From assembly GCF_030684315.1 (NCBI RefSeq), contig NC_081390.1, positions 27,327,288 to 27,391,287 on the forward strand: a stretch of 64,000 bases of DNA, written 5' to 3'. Positions 63,720-64,000 of this stretch are shown here, one piece after another. Source of the DNA: Stegostoma tigrinum (Eukaryota). Below the pieces are notes generated by a model. That model was not told where the DNA came from. It made no database searches and was given only the letters and a program-made list of their open reading frames with translations. Positions within the stretch are counted from its first letter, which is position 1. Each line of letters starts with the position of its first letter. A program made the position numbers and the translations under genes.

Positions 63720-64000
63720 TTCTGTTGATGCCAGATGTTCCACATTCCATACTTGTGAAGCCTGACCTCCTCACTTTGTATTCAATTCCCCTCACAATGA
63801 GTAGCAATATTCTATTTTCTGTCTTCATTACTTGTTGTACTTGCTTGTCCTTTTGTATTTTGAGAGTTTGGTCACCCAGAAATCTCTGCCTCTCAGAGCT
63901 CTGAAGTCTCTCCCCATTTCAATCACCTGCTTCTATTTTACACTTCCTGCCAAAATGGACAATATCAGATTTTCCCAAAAGACATTCCGTTTACCATGTA

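Overview
Eukaryotic (vertebrate) genomic DNA. The repeat content (HE1/V-SINE-type and DeuSINE-type SINEs, CR1 LINEs with (ATGTTCT)n tails, Penelope-like elements) points to a cartilaginous fish, probably a shark. The window holds the 3' end of one + strand gene, which I recognise from memory as CCSER2 (FAM190B/GCAP14): about 50 kb of inferred intron, a large terminal coding exon (50160-51089) and a repeat-poor putative 3' UTR (about 51.1-54.6 kb). The first 95 nt of that exon are readable in two frames, matching the two human CCSER2 C-termini as I recall them. Candidate small exons in the intron could switch between those frames, notably a 40-nt frame-shifting exon followed by three TGCATG motifs and a 12-nt microexon. 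The intron contains several Penelope-like elements built as inverted repeats, with 10-14 bp target-site duplications and hammerhead-ribozyme cores, including a spacerless ~1.15 kb palindrome. It also has nested insertions, many CR1 and SINE fragments and a 172-nt assembly gap. All homology calls rest on recalled motifs, not database searches, and boundaries of old repeats are approximate.
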